In this document: piece by piece, positions 19,962-27,992 of the stretch
Numbering within the stretch: position 1 is the stretch's first letter
How the letters are laid out: every line of letters starts with the position of its first letter
NCBI GenBank assembly: GCA_051306435.1
Contig: JBPPNF010000047.1
Coordinates: 145 to 64,144 of the forward strand
Source: Solirubrobacterales bacterium
GTDB taxonomy: Bacteria > Actinomycetota > Thermoleophilia > Solirubrobacterales > JACPNS01
Length of the DNA stretch: 64,000 nucleotides
Direction of reading: 5' to 3'
Translations under genes and position numbers: made by a program
Notes under the pieces: model-generated
What the model was told of the DNA's origin: nothing
Database searches by the model: none
What the model saw: only the letters and a program-made list of their open reading frames with translations

Positions 19962-20204
19962 ATGGCTGACATAGTAGAAATCAAAAACAGAATTGAAGCC
20001 GCGCTTCCCGGCTCGACCGCGGAGGTCGAGGACACGGCCGGCGACAGCAATCACTTCCGTGCGGTTGTGACCGCCCCGCAGTTCGAAGGACTCTCAAGGA
20101 TCCAGCAGCACAAGCTGATCAACGAGATCTTCGACGGCGAACTCGGCGGCAGCATCCACGCACTCTCGATCAAGACCCAGACACCAGAGGCAGCAACAAC
20201 ATGA
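19962..20204 (+). CDS. BolA family protein
   Basis: 80 aa. HFRAVVTAPQFEGLSRIQQHKLINEIF and IHALSIKT match the BolA signature. Overlaps the monothiol glutaredoxin gene by 4 nt. Confidence 0.8.
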   Translation: MADIVEIKNRIEAALPGSTAEVEDTAGDSNHFRAVVTAPQFEGLSRIQQHKLINEIFDGELGGSIHALSIKTQTPEAATT

Positions 20205-20605
20205 GCGACGAAATCTCCAACGAACTGCGCGAGCACCTCGCCAAGCTGATCGACGAAAACGAAGTGATCCTTTTCATGAAGGGCAACCCCGACGCCCCGG
20301 CCTGCGGCTTTTCGGCCCGCACCGTCGCTGTCCTCAACTCGCTCGGCCGCAAATACGCCGCCGTCGACATCCTTCCCGACCCGCGCATCCGCCAGGAACT
20401 GACCGCGCTCTCTGAATGGCCGACCATCCCCCAGCTCTTCGTCGACGGCGAGCTGATCGGCGGCTGCGACATCGTCACTGAGATGTACGAGAGCGGCGAG
20501 CTGGCAAGCGTCATGGGCGTCAACCAGTCAGCAGCGGCTGAGCCCGAAGAAGTCGCCACCGCACCGCAGTCCCAGGGACTGCAACTCGAGAACCACCTCG
20601 AGTAA
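20201..20605 (+). CDS. grxD: monothiol glutaredoxin (Grx4 family)
   Basis: CGFS active site in FMKGNPDAPACGFS, and WPTIPQLFVDGELIGGCDI. Confidence 0.9.
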   Translation: MSDEISNELREHLAKLIDENEVILFMKGNPDAPACGFSARTVAVLNSLGRKYAAVDILPDPRIRQELTALSEWPTIPQLFVDGELIGGCDIVTEMYESGELASVMGVNQSAAAEPEEVATAPQSQGLQLENHLE

Positions 20606-20610
20606 CGGCC

Positions 20611-21480
20611 ATGGCCGTACGCGTCGTCGCCGACAGCACGTCGTACCTCACACCTGCGCAGATCTCCGAGTACGGGATCATCGAGGTCAGTCTCGCCGTC
20701 GTCTGGAACGACCGCTCCGTACCTGAGCTGGAGATCACGGATCTCGACGCGTTCTACGACGAGCTGCGCGCGATGAAGGATCTGCCGGGCACTTCTCAGC
20801 CCTCGGTCGGCCAGTTTCTCGAGGCGTACCAACCGATCATCGATGCCGGCGACGACATCGTCTCGCTGCATTTTTCCAGCGGGATCTCCGGAACGTACGA
20901 GAGCGCCGTGCAGGCGAAGCAGCAGCTTGAGCGCGACGGCGTGGATCCGCTGCGCGTGACCGTGATCGACACCGGCTCTGCCTGCGGGGGTTACGGCGCG
21001 ATTCTGCTCGCCGCAGCGGCATCAGCCGGCCGGGGCGAATGTCACGGCGATGTCGTCGCGGCCGCGCAGAAGATGACCGCCGGCCTGAGTTTCTGGTTCG
21101 CGATCGACACGCTTGAGTTCCTGCGGCGCGGCGGCCGGGTCGGCGCGGCGGCGGCACTGCTCGGCGGCACGATCAAGATCAAGCCGATCCTGACGGTGAA
21201 CAGCGAAGGAATCGTCCCGGTCGAGAAGGTTCGCACCGAATCGCGCGTGCTCGCGCGGATCGCGGACCTCGGAATGGAACACATTCCCGAAGGCGGCGGA
21301 TTCATCGTTCAACACGTTCAGGCGCCAGAGCGCGCCCAGAAGGTGATCGAGGACCTGACCGCGAGGCTTGGCAGGGGGCCCGCGTTTGTTCCCGGCGAGA
21401 TCGGCCCCGTGATCGGCGCGCACGTCGGGCCGGGACTGATCGGCGTCGGGGTGTTCCCCGGCGGTCTGATCGACCTCTAG
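20611..21480 (+). CDS. DegV family fatty-acid-binding protein
   Basis: 289 aa. The N-terminal VVADSTSYL, TSQPS and later RGGR(V/I)G segments are typical of DegV. Confidence 0.85.
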   Translation: MAVRVVADSTSYLTPAQISEYGIIEVSLAVVWNDRSVPELEITDLDAFYDELRAMKDLPGTSQPSVGQFLEAYQPIIDAGDDIVSLHFSSGISGTYESAVQAKQQLERDGVDPLRVTVIDTGSACGGYGAILLAAAASAGRGECHGDVVAAAQKMTAGLSFWFAIDTLEFLRRGGRVGAAAALLGGTIKIKPILTVNSEGIVPVEKVRTESRVLARIADLGMEHIPEGGGFIVQHVQAPERAQKVIEDLTARLGRGPAFVPGEIGPVIGAHVGPGLIGVGVFPGGLIDL

Positions 21481-22574
21481 CCGGTTTCGCCGGCCGGAGC
21501 GGGTCCACCGCGCGACGCCTGGCGACGCTTCTGAACCTCTGGCCAGAGGTCTGCGGCGAGCACCTGCAGCATCGCCGCGACCGGAATGGCGAGCAGAACA
21601 CCGAGCACGCCGAGCAGCGCCGCCCCGATCAGTACGGCGACGATGGTGAGGATTGGCGGCACCGAGACCGTGCGCTTGTAGACGACCGGTTGGAGCAGGT
21701 TGTTCTCCGCCTGCTGGTAGGCGGTGAGCACGATCAGCCAGATGATCGGATCCCAGGGGAAATCACCCAGCGCGATGCACGCGAGCGCGATGATGCCTCC
21801 GCCGATCGTCGCGCCGACCAGCGGAATCAGGTCCATGAAGGCCATGAAAATCGCCAGAGGTGCCGCAAACGGGATGCCGAGGATGATCAGGGTGAGGTAC
21901 GTGACTGTCCCGGCGGCGACGCTGATCAGGAAGTTTCCGACGACGTAGCCACTCACCACGCGGTAGAGATCCCCGGCGAAGCGCTCGATGCGTTCGCGCT
22001 GGTCACCTTCAAACTGAGCTGAGAGCCAGCGGACGATTCGGGGGCCCTCGAGCAGCCAGAGGAAGACAAGCGTGAACACCGTGAGCAGCTGAACAAACGC
22101 CGACAACGCGCCGAGCGTGACGGACTGCAGTGTTCCCGCTGCTGTGCCGAGCTGGTTGGGCAGCTCACGCACGGAGGACCCGAGGTTGTCGACGACGTCG
22201 TACCGCTCGTTCAGATCAAGGATCCAACCGGTGTTCTTCAGCTCCTCAACCCGGGCGGGAATGTCGTCCGCGATCGCCTCCACTCCCGTGACGATCGGCG
22301 GCACGACGACGAGGCCGATCAACACGATCGCTGCCATCAGTAACACGTAGACGACGAGGATGGACATCCACCGGGGAATGCGCGAGCGATTCTGGAAGAA
22401 GTCAACCGCCGGGCCGAGCGCGACCGCCAGAAAAAGCGAGATCACGACCAGGCCGAGCGCCTGCCGCGCGAGCACGATGAAGTAACAGACGGCGCTCAGC
22501 GCGATCACGATGAGGAAGACCTTGGCGACCGTCCGCGCCGAGACGATCACCTCGCGTTTGGGCGCGCAATCCAT
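21477..22574 (-). CDS. AI-2E family transporter (PerM/UPF0118)
   Basis: 365 aa, about 8 TM helices. FMAFMDLIPLVGATIGG is the conserved AI-2E block. Confidence 0.8.
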   Translation of the reverse strand: MDCAPKREVIVSARTVAKVFLIVIALSAVCYFIVLARQALGLVVISLFLAVALGPAVDFFQNRSRIPRWMSILVVYVLLMAAIVLIGLVVVPPIVTGVEAIADDIPARVEELKNTGWILDLNERYDVVDNLGSSVRELPNQLGTAAGTLQSVTLGALSAFVQLLTVFTLVFLWLLEGPRIVRWLSAQFEGDQRERIERFAGDLYRVVSGYVVGNFLISVAAGTVTYLTLIILGIPFAAPLAIFMAFMDLIPLVGATIGGGIIALACIALGDFPWDPIIWLIVLTAYQQAENNLLQPVVYKRTVSVPPILTIVAVLIGAALLGVLGVLLAIPVAAMLQVLAADLWPEVQKRRQASRGGPAPAGETG

Positions 22575-22614
22575 CCTTGCAAGCTACCCGCGCGCTCCGA
22601 CGGGGAAACCGGGA

Positions 22615-22839
22615 CTATCGACGGCGGCGGCGAAGGCCCTTGAGCACTATCGAACTGCCGATCAGAAAGCCGATCGCGGCGGCGCCGACCGTCAGTTCCT
22701 GTTTGTGGTCGACGATGTGCTGTCGCCAGTCGGTGATGCGCGCAACTTCGGTGCGCGCGGAGTTGACTGACTGGACGAGTTGCTGGCGGTTGTCCTCGAT
22801 CGAGGCACGAATCTCGGCGGGGGTGCGCTGCTGGGCCAT
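22615..22839 (-). CDS. DUF3618-like small protein with C-terminal TM anchor
   Basis: 74 aa. TPAEIRASIEDNRQQLVQSV helix, then one TM helix and an RRRRR tail, as in DUF3618 proteins. Confidence 0.55.
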   Translation of the reverse strand: MAQQRTPAEIRASIEDNRQQLVQSVNSARTEVARITDWRQHIVDHKQELTVGAAAIGFLIGSSIVLKGLRRRRR

Positions 22840-23831
22840 CAGTTGTCACTCTTCGGGTCGTAGGGCTTGGACGTGTCGCGTGGCGGCTCGGGTGGCTGCG
22901 CGGGCGGCGGAGACTGGCTCGGCGGAGCAGGCGGCTGCGGTGGCTGCGGTGCCGCTGGCTGCGGCGGAGTCGGAGCGACATAGGGCTGGGCCTGAACCTC
23001 GGGCTGCGTTGGTGGCGCCTCGGGCGCTGATCCGCTCTTCTCGGCCTGCTTCTCGGCGGCCTTTGCTGCCTTGGCGGCGTCCGTCTCGGCCTGCGCTGCT
23101 GCCTTGGCAGCTTCCTTCTCGGCCTTCTCTGCGGCCTTGTCGGCGATGGCGTCGGCCTTCGCTGCCTCCTGCTCGGCGACGCGGGCTGCCTTGGCAGCGA
23201 GTTTGGCCTCTTTGGCTTCCTGCTTTGCGCGCTTCTTCAGTTCTTTGGCGTCGAGCTCGAGTTCTTCGGCGTCTGCGCGGGCTTCCTTGAGGTCCTCTTT
23301 GGCCTCCGCGACGTCGGGATGCTCGGCCGTCTTTTCAGCCGGCTTGACCGTCGCTGCGACTGCGCCCGGGGCAGCGGTGCCCGGCGCAGGTTCTTCGACG
23401 GCGACTGAGTCGATCGTCTCGAGCGGCTTTTCGGCCTCGGCCTGCAGCGCTTCCTTGGTCTGTCTGGCCTCGGAGATCGCCTGGCTGGGCGCGAGCTGCG
23501 ATCCCTTCTTGATCTTCTTCAGTGCGACGAACGCGAGCAGCCCGCCCATGCCGAAGCAGAGAAAGGCGACGATGAAGAAGCCGAGCCACGGGTACCAGGT
23601 GCCGATTGCGTCGGCAACGAGGAATGAGAGCGCGATCAGAAGAATGAAGAGACCGAAGAAGGCGAATACGCCGCCGACGATTCCGGCGACCGAGCCGCGC
23701 AGCAGGTCCTGGAGCGCGACGGCCATCTCGGCCTTGGCGAGCTCGATCTCTTCGTGGACGATCGTGGTGGTGCGGTCGATGATGTCGCTGATCGACTCGC
23801 CGAGCGGGGTGTTCTCGGGGGGAATGCTCAT
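22839..23831 (-). CDS. actinobacterial holin-X (Phage_holin_3_6/DUF1469)-like membrane protein with long low-complexity tail
   Basis: The N-terminal ~115 aa (HEEIELAKAEM, two TM helices, ALKKIKK) fit the holin-X pattern. The remaining ~200 aa are A/E/K-rich coiled-coil-like sequence followed by a P/Q-rich tail. Confidence 0.6.
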   Translation of the reverse strand: MSIPPENTPLGESISDIIDRTTTIVHEEIELAKAEMAVALQDLLRGSVAGIVGGVFAFFGLFILLIALSFLVADAIGTWYPWLGFFIVAFLCFGMGGLLAFVALKKIKKGSQLAPSQAISEARQTKEALQAEAEKPLETIDSVAVEEPAPGTAAPGAVAATVKPAEKTAEHPDVAEAKEDLKEARADAEELELDAKELKKRAKQEAKEAKLAAKAARVAEQEAAKADAIADKAAEKAEKEAAKAAAQAETDAAKAAKAAEKQAEKSGSAPEAPPTQPEVQAQPYVAPTPPQPAAPQPPQPPAPPSQSPPPAQPPEPPRDTSKPYDPKSDN

Positions 23832-23833
23832 GC

Positions 23834-24025
23834 TCAGTCGATTGGCGGCGGCTCGTTGAAGACGCGGATCCAGATCTGCTCGGCGATTTTGCGGGCCGCG
23901 ATGGCCACAATTGCGCCAACGCCAGCCATGATGCCGCTCCAGACGAGCTTTTTGACAATGTCATTCTGCATCGCGGCAGGAAGCCTTTCGTTCGGAGCGG
24001 AGGTGCTGGGGCTGGATTCAGACAT
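23834..24025 (-). CDS. DUF4235-like small membrane protein
   Basis: Start at ATG 24025 (MSESSPST). KKLVWSGIMAGVGAIVAIAARKIAEQIW then EPPP resembles DUF4235. Its stop is 3 nt from the holin-X-like start. Confidence 0.5.
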   Translation of the reverse strand: MSESSPSTSAPNERLPAAMQNDIVKKLVWSGIMAGVGAIVAIAARKIAEQIWIRVFNEPPPID

Positions 24026-24056
24026 CAAAATTCCCTTTGCCGTGGTGGCGGAGAGG

Positions 24057-24884
24057 TCACCATGAATAGGCGCCCGGAACGCGGTTGGCAAGGCTCGGCA
24101 GCTTATCGCGGATCGCCGACTGCTCTGCAAAATCGAGCTCCGCTGCAACGACTGCGTCGCCCTCGTCACCGGCCCGGGCCAGCACCGTGCCCCAGGGGTC
24201 GACGATCATCGAATTGCCGTAGGAGCGGCGGTCGCCGTCGTGGTAGCCGAACTGGTTGGCGGCGACGATGAAGAGTTGGTTCTCGACCGCGCGGGCTCGC
24301 AGCAGCAGCTCCCAGTGGGCCTCGCCGGTCGTGTAGGTGAAGGCGGCGGGGACGCTCTCGATCAGGGCGCCGCGGGTCGCGAGGATCCGGCAGAGCTCGG
24401 GGAAGCGGATGTCGTAGCAAACCGTCAGGCCGATTGGCTGGCCGCCGGCGAGGTCGGTCGTGACGATCTCGTCGCCCGGGTCCTCATGGTCGGATTCTTT
24501 GTAGCTCCGGCCCGCGACCTCGACGTCAAACATGTGGATCTTGCGGTACGTCGCCCTGATCGATCCGTCGGGGCCGATGTGAACGGAGGTGTTGGCGAGC
24601 TTCTCCTGGCCCGGCACCTGCTCGACGATCGAGCCGGCGACGATGTCCAGCTGCAGTTCTTCGGCGATGCGCGCGAGCCCGGCGATCGTCGGGCCGTCGA
24701 GCGGCTCGGCGTTCTCGAAGTAGTCCTTCGTGTTGCCCATGACGTTGAACTTCTCCGGCAGGACGACCAGCTGCGCGCCTTCGCTGGCGGCTTCGCGAAC
24801 GAGCGCATGGGCGCGCTCATTGTTGTGGGCCTTGTCGGCCTGGGAGTTCATCTGGATCGCGGCCGCGATCAAGGTCTGTGGCAT
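24057..24884 (-). CDS. carbon-nitrogen hydrolase (nitrilase superfamily)
   Basis: 275 aa. Has the E-K-C catalytic context (VVLPEKF, YRKIHMFD, GLTVCYDIRFPE). Confidence 0.85.
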   Translation of the reverse strand: MPQTLIAAAIQMNSQADKAHNNERAHALVREAASEGAQLVVLPEKFNVMGNTKDYFENAEPLDGPTIAGLARIAEELQLDIVAGSIVEQVPGQEKLANTSVHIGPDGSIRATYRKIHMFDVEVAGRSYKESDHEDPGDEIVTTDLAGGQPIGLTVCYDIRFPELCRILATRGALIESVPAAFTYTTGEAHWELLLRARAVENQLFIVAANQFGYHDGDRRSYGNSMIVDPWGTVLARAGDEGDAVVAAELDFAEQSAIRDKLPSLANRVPGAYSW

Positions 24885-24893
24885 CCCGGCAGG

Positions 24894-25616
24894 CTAACCG
24901 TCTTGACGACGCCGAAGCTCCGCGACCAGCAGCTTCACATGCATGGCGCTGAGCAGATCTCGCATCGGTCCGTGCCCACGTTCAATCAGATCCGCAGCGT
25001 CATCGGCCGAGAGTTTGCCGGGCAGCTTCTCGGAGATCACGTCGACCTCGTCGCGCGCGAGGGCCTCGAGGTGGCGCATGTAGATCAGGGTGTCGTAGAT
25101 CGTGAAGCCGAGGGCTTCGCCGTAGCCGCTCTTGCGGAACCCGGAGATTGCTGTGAGGAACTCGGCATCGGGTTGGCTGTAGCGGACGCCGGCCTTGGTC
25201 TCATGCGGCTCAATCGCGCCGATGCGCTCGAATCCGTTGAGCACGTCCTCGGGCAGATCAAGCTTGGTCACCGCCTGCTTGCGCGTGATGCCCTTTCCGC
25301 TCGCGATCGCCTGTGAGCGCTGGAGCAGCACGTCGCCGAGCTCAAGCCGCGCCTCGACCTGATCGGGCTCGTTCTCGAGGATTCGCTTGATCACGTCGAG
25401 CGGCAGGTAGCGCTCTTCCTGAAGTCGCTTGATCAGCTTGATCCGGTCGACATACTCGGGCGAGTACCAGGCCATGTTGCGGCTGGTCTTGACCGGCGCG
25501 GGCAGCAGACCTTCGCGCAGGTAATGCTTGATCGTCGCGGCGGAGACTCCGCTCTGCTCGGCGAGCGCGGCCATGCGCAGGAGGCCGTCGGTGCTCGGCG
25601 TGGTGGTCCGGGTCAC
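24894..25616 (-). CDS. MerR family transcriptional regulator
   Basis: 240 aa. N-terminal HTH MAALAEQSGVSAATIKHYLREGLLP, followed by a long helical effector/dimerisation region. Its start overlaps the CoA-transferase stop by 4 nt. Confidence 0.8.
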   Translation of the reverse strand: MTRTTTPSTDGLLRMAALAEQSGVSAATIKHYLREGLLPAPVKTSRNMAWYSPEYVDRIKLIKRLQEERYLPLDVIKRILENEPDQVEARLELGDVLLQRSQAIASGKGITRKQAVTKLDLPEDVLNGFERIGAIEPHETKAGVRYSQPDAEFLTAISGFRKSGYGEALGFTIYDTLIYMRHLEALARDEVDVISEKLPGKLSADDAADLIERGHGPMRDLLSAMHVKLLVAELRRRQDG

Positions 25617-26833
25617 GACGTGGGGACTCCTGCCACGCCGGCGACGGCGCCAGATTCACGTAGCGAGGCGATTTCCTCGGCTGAGTATCCGATCGACTCA
25701 AGAACGGCATCCGTGTGCTCGCCGAATCCCGGTGCGGGCTCGCGACGGTCCGGGCGCGCGCCATCGATCACGAACGGCGGTGCGAGCTGGCCGACGGGAC
25801 CAATGCCCGGCTGGTCGACCTCAGTGACCATGCCGCGGGCCTTGACGAGATCAGATTCAAGCGCTTCGTCGATGCCCAGCACAGGTTCGATGCAGCAGTC
25901 GTGCTCGTCGTTGAAAGCGGCCCACTCCGCGCGGGTCTTCGTTTTGAAGACTTCTGCGATCACGCCCCAGCCGTCGCTGCCGGCGAGTTCGAACTGCTTC
26001 TCGATCAGATCCTCACGACCGACGCCGCGCGCGAACGCCTGCCAGAACTTCGGCTCGAGCGCTCCGCAGCTGACCCAGCCATCGGCGGCTTCATAAGGCA
26101 TGTAACAAACCCATTTGCCTGCGAGGTCGACGTCGCCGCGTTCTCGGGCGTCGCCGGCCAGCGCGGCGGCGGCCGGCATTGCCAGCCAGCTCAAAGCGCC
26201 ATCAGTCATTGAGATGTCGATTTCTGCGCCGATGCCCGTGGCGTTCTTCCTGACCAGAACGGCGAGGATCGCGATCGCGGCCATCTGCGCGCCGCCGCCG
26301 ATGTCGGCGATCTGGCCTGCGGCCTGAACCGGCGGGCCGCCCTTCGCTCCGGTCAGACCGAGCAGACCGTTCAGGCCGAGGTAATTCATGTCGTGTCCGG
26401 CGCGCAGGGTGAACGGGCCGTCCTGGCCGTATCCAGTGATCGCGCAGTAGATGACGCCCGGATTCACGGTCTTCATCTGGTCATATCCGACGTTCAGCTT
26501 GTCGAGCACGCCGGGACGAAAGGACTCAAGCACCACGTCGTGGTCGGCGACGAGCTTCAGGAGAATCTCTTTGCCGTCGTTCGACTTGAGGTCGAGCTGG
26601 ATCGACTGCTTGTTGCGGTTGAGCGCGTCGAACTGGACGCTGTGCGTGCCGCTCGCCTTTGCCGCTTCGCCGCCGGCATACGGAGTCGTCCAGCGCATGT
26701 AATCGCCCGCTCCGGTGTCTTCGACCTTCAGCACCTCTGCGCCGAGGTCGGCGAGAAGCAGTGAGCAGAACGGTCCGGGGAGCAGGCGCGAGAGGTCGAG
26801 GACTTTGACGCCCTTCAGCGGAAGATCAGACAT
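25613..26833 (-). CDS. family III CoA-transferase (CaiB/BaiF/racemase family)
   Basis: Start at ATG 26833 (MSDLPLKGVKVLDLSRLLPGPFCSLLLADLGAEVLKVE, the canonical family III N-terminus). 406 aa. Confidence 0.85.
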   Translation of the reverse strand: MSDLPLKGVKVLDLSRLLPGPFCSLLLADLGAEVLKVEDTGAGDYMRWTTPYAGGEAAKASGTHSVQFDALNRNKQSIQLDLKSNDGKEILLKLVADHDVVLESFRPGVLDKLNVGYDQMKTVNPGVIYCAITGYGQDGPFTLRAGHDMNYLGLNGLLGLTGAKGGPPVQAAGQIADIGGGAQMAAIAILAVLVRKNATGIGAEIDISMTDGALSWLAMPAAAALAGDARERGDVDLAGKWVCYMPYEAADGWVSCGALEPKFWQAFARGVGREDLIEKQFELAGSDGWGVIAEVFKTKTRAEWAAFNDEHDCCIEPVLGIDEALESDLVKARGMVTEVDQPGIGPVGQLAPPFVIDGARPDRREPAPGFGEHTDAVLESIGYSAEEIASLRESGAVAGVAGVPTS

Positions 26834-27719
26834 TGCGCGGCACTCCAAGCAGTTCGCGGGCTTCGGCGATCGTCGCGACCTTGCGGCCACCGGCCTCGAT
26901 CTGGCGCGCGGCTTCCTCGCAGAGGTCGCCGTTGCCCTTGCAGACGTCGCCGTTGGGCAGATAGAAGTTGTCTTCCAGACCAACACGGACGTTGCCGCCT
27001 TCGGCGATCGCGACGGGAACCAGATCCCACTGCTCGCGCGAGACGCCGACCATGCCCCAGTTGTTCACGCCATCGCCGCCGTGCCCGCCGGGCTGCGGAA
27101 CCTGACTCGCCATGTGCTTGAGGTTCTCCGGGCGCGCCGGGGTACCGCCAAGTACTCCCGTCACGAGCGAGATCTGCAGCGGCGACTCGAGAATTCCCAT
27201 GTCGATCAGCGGCTCGAGCGAGGCCAGGTGCCCCAGCTCGAAGCACTCGTGCTCGGGGCGGATGCCGTATTCGTTCATCGCAGTCAGGAACTGGATGATC
27301 GTGTCGAAGCTGTTCTCGAAGATGAAGCCGAAGATGAACTCTTTGCGACGCTTGGAGTACTTCGCATAGTTCATCGAGCCCATGTTCAGGGCCGCGATGT
27401 CGGGGCGGATCGCCTCGAGATACTCGAGGCGCTTCTCTACGGAGAGGCCGACCGCGCCGGTCGAGAAGTTGATGATCACGTCGCCGCATTCGGCCTTGAT
27501 CGCGTCGGTGATCTCGCGGTAATTCTCAATCTCGAAGCTCGGCGTTCCGTCGTGCTTGCGCGCGTGGATGTGGATCATCGCCGCGCCGGCGTCGACCGCG
27601 CTGCGCGCTTCGGCTGCGTACTCCTCCGGCGTATAGGGAATTGCCGGGTGTTGCTCCTTGTTGGCAACCACTCCGCTGATCGAGTTGGTGAGGATGCACG
27701 GCTTGTCAAATCCCGACAT
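26826..27719 (-). CDS. beta-keto acid cleavage enzyme family protein (BKACE/DUF849)
   Basis: Start at ATG 27719. PCILTNSISGV, IPYTPEEYAAEARSAVDAGAAMIHIHAR and RVGLEDN match the Kce-like TIM-barrel family with its Zn-binding HxH. Overlaps the CoA-transferase start by 8 nt. Confidence 0.8.
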   Translation of the reverse strand: MSGFDKPCILTNSISGVVANKEQHPAIPYTPEEYAAEARSAVDAGAAMIHIHARKHDGTPSFEIENYREITDAIKAECGDVIINFSTGAVGLSVEKRLEYLEAIRPDIAALNMGSMNYAKYSKRRKEFIFGFIFENSFDTIIQFLTAMNEYGIRPEHECFELGHLASLEPLIDMGILESPLQISLVTGVLGGTPARPENLKHMASQVPQPGGHGGDGVNNWGMVGVSREQWDLVPVAIAEGGNVRVGLEDNFYLPNGDVCKGNGDLCEEAARQIEAGGRKVATIAEARELLGVPRNV

Positions 27720-27732
27720 CAAGCGCTCCTTT

Positions 27733-27755
27733 GCTGCGCACCTCAGGTGTGCAAC
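27733..27755. promoter_or_regulatory. box 1: GCTGCGCACC-TCA-GGTGTGCAAC
   Basis: 10-3-10 inverted repeat with 2 arm mismatches. Lies 13 nt upstream of the BKACE start codon. Confidence 0.6.
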
Positions 27756-27796
27756 GAGAATTGTCAATGAAAAATGGCTTGTTCAAGGGGGTTGTT

Positions 27797-27819
27797 GCTG
27801 CACACCTCTGGTGAGCAGC
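27797..27819. promoter_or_regulatory. box 2: GCTGCACACC-TCT-GGTGAGCAGC
   Basis: 10-3-10 inverted repeat with 1 arm mismatch. Confidence 0.6.
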
Positions 27820-27889
27820 AGTTTGGCCATGGCCTGCTTCGCGGAGGCGGCCGTACGGCTGGTCGGTTGCGACCGCGGAGCCAAAACCC

Positions 27890-27912
27890 GCTGCACACCG
27901 GAGGTGTGCAGC
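27890..27912. promoter_or_regulatory. box 3: GCTGCACACC-GGA-GGTGTGCAGC
   Basis: Perfect 10-3-10 inverted repeat. Confidence 0.65.
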
Positions 27913-27953
27913 ACCGGACCGCATACCTAAGCCATTCTTGGCCGCAGGATCGT

Positions 27954-27976
27954 CCAGTTCACCAGAGGTGTGCAGC
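27954..27976. promoter_or_regulatory. box 4: CCAGTTCACC-AGA-GGTGTGCAGC (degenerate left arm)
   Basis: The right arm is identical to consensus. The left arm is degenerate (4 of 10 positions differ from consensus). Lies 16 nt downstream of the carboxyltransferase stop. Confidence 0.5.
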
Positions 27977-27992
27977 AGATAATCAAATCCGC

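Larger units (their letters stand above)
27733..27976. repeat. two-fold symmetric composite element containing four 23-bp palindromic boxes
   Basis: Boxes start at 27733, 27797, 27890 and 27954 (spacings 64, 93, 64). The centre of symmetry at 27854/27855 coincides with the palindrome GCCGTACGGC (27850..27859). See findings. Confidence 0.8.

Noticed and set aside
22839-23831. Prophage lysis cassette, because of the holin-family domain
   Set aside because: No endolysin, spanin, capsid, tail, terminase or integrase genes are nearby, and no att-like repeats. The flanking genes are housekeeping.
27733-27976. Possible miniature CRISPR array (four ~23-bp palindromic repeats with 41-70-nt spacers)
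   Set aside because: The repeats are not identical. Spacer lengths are irregular (41, 70, 41). The two halves are inverted copies of each other rather than direct repeats. No cas genes are present.
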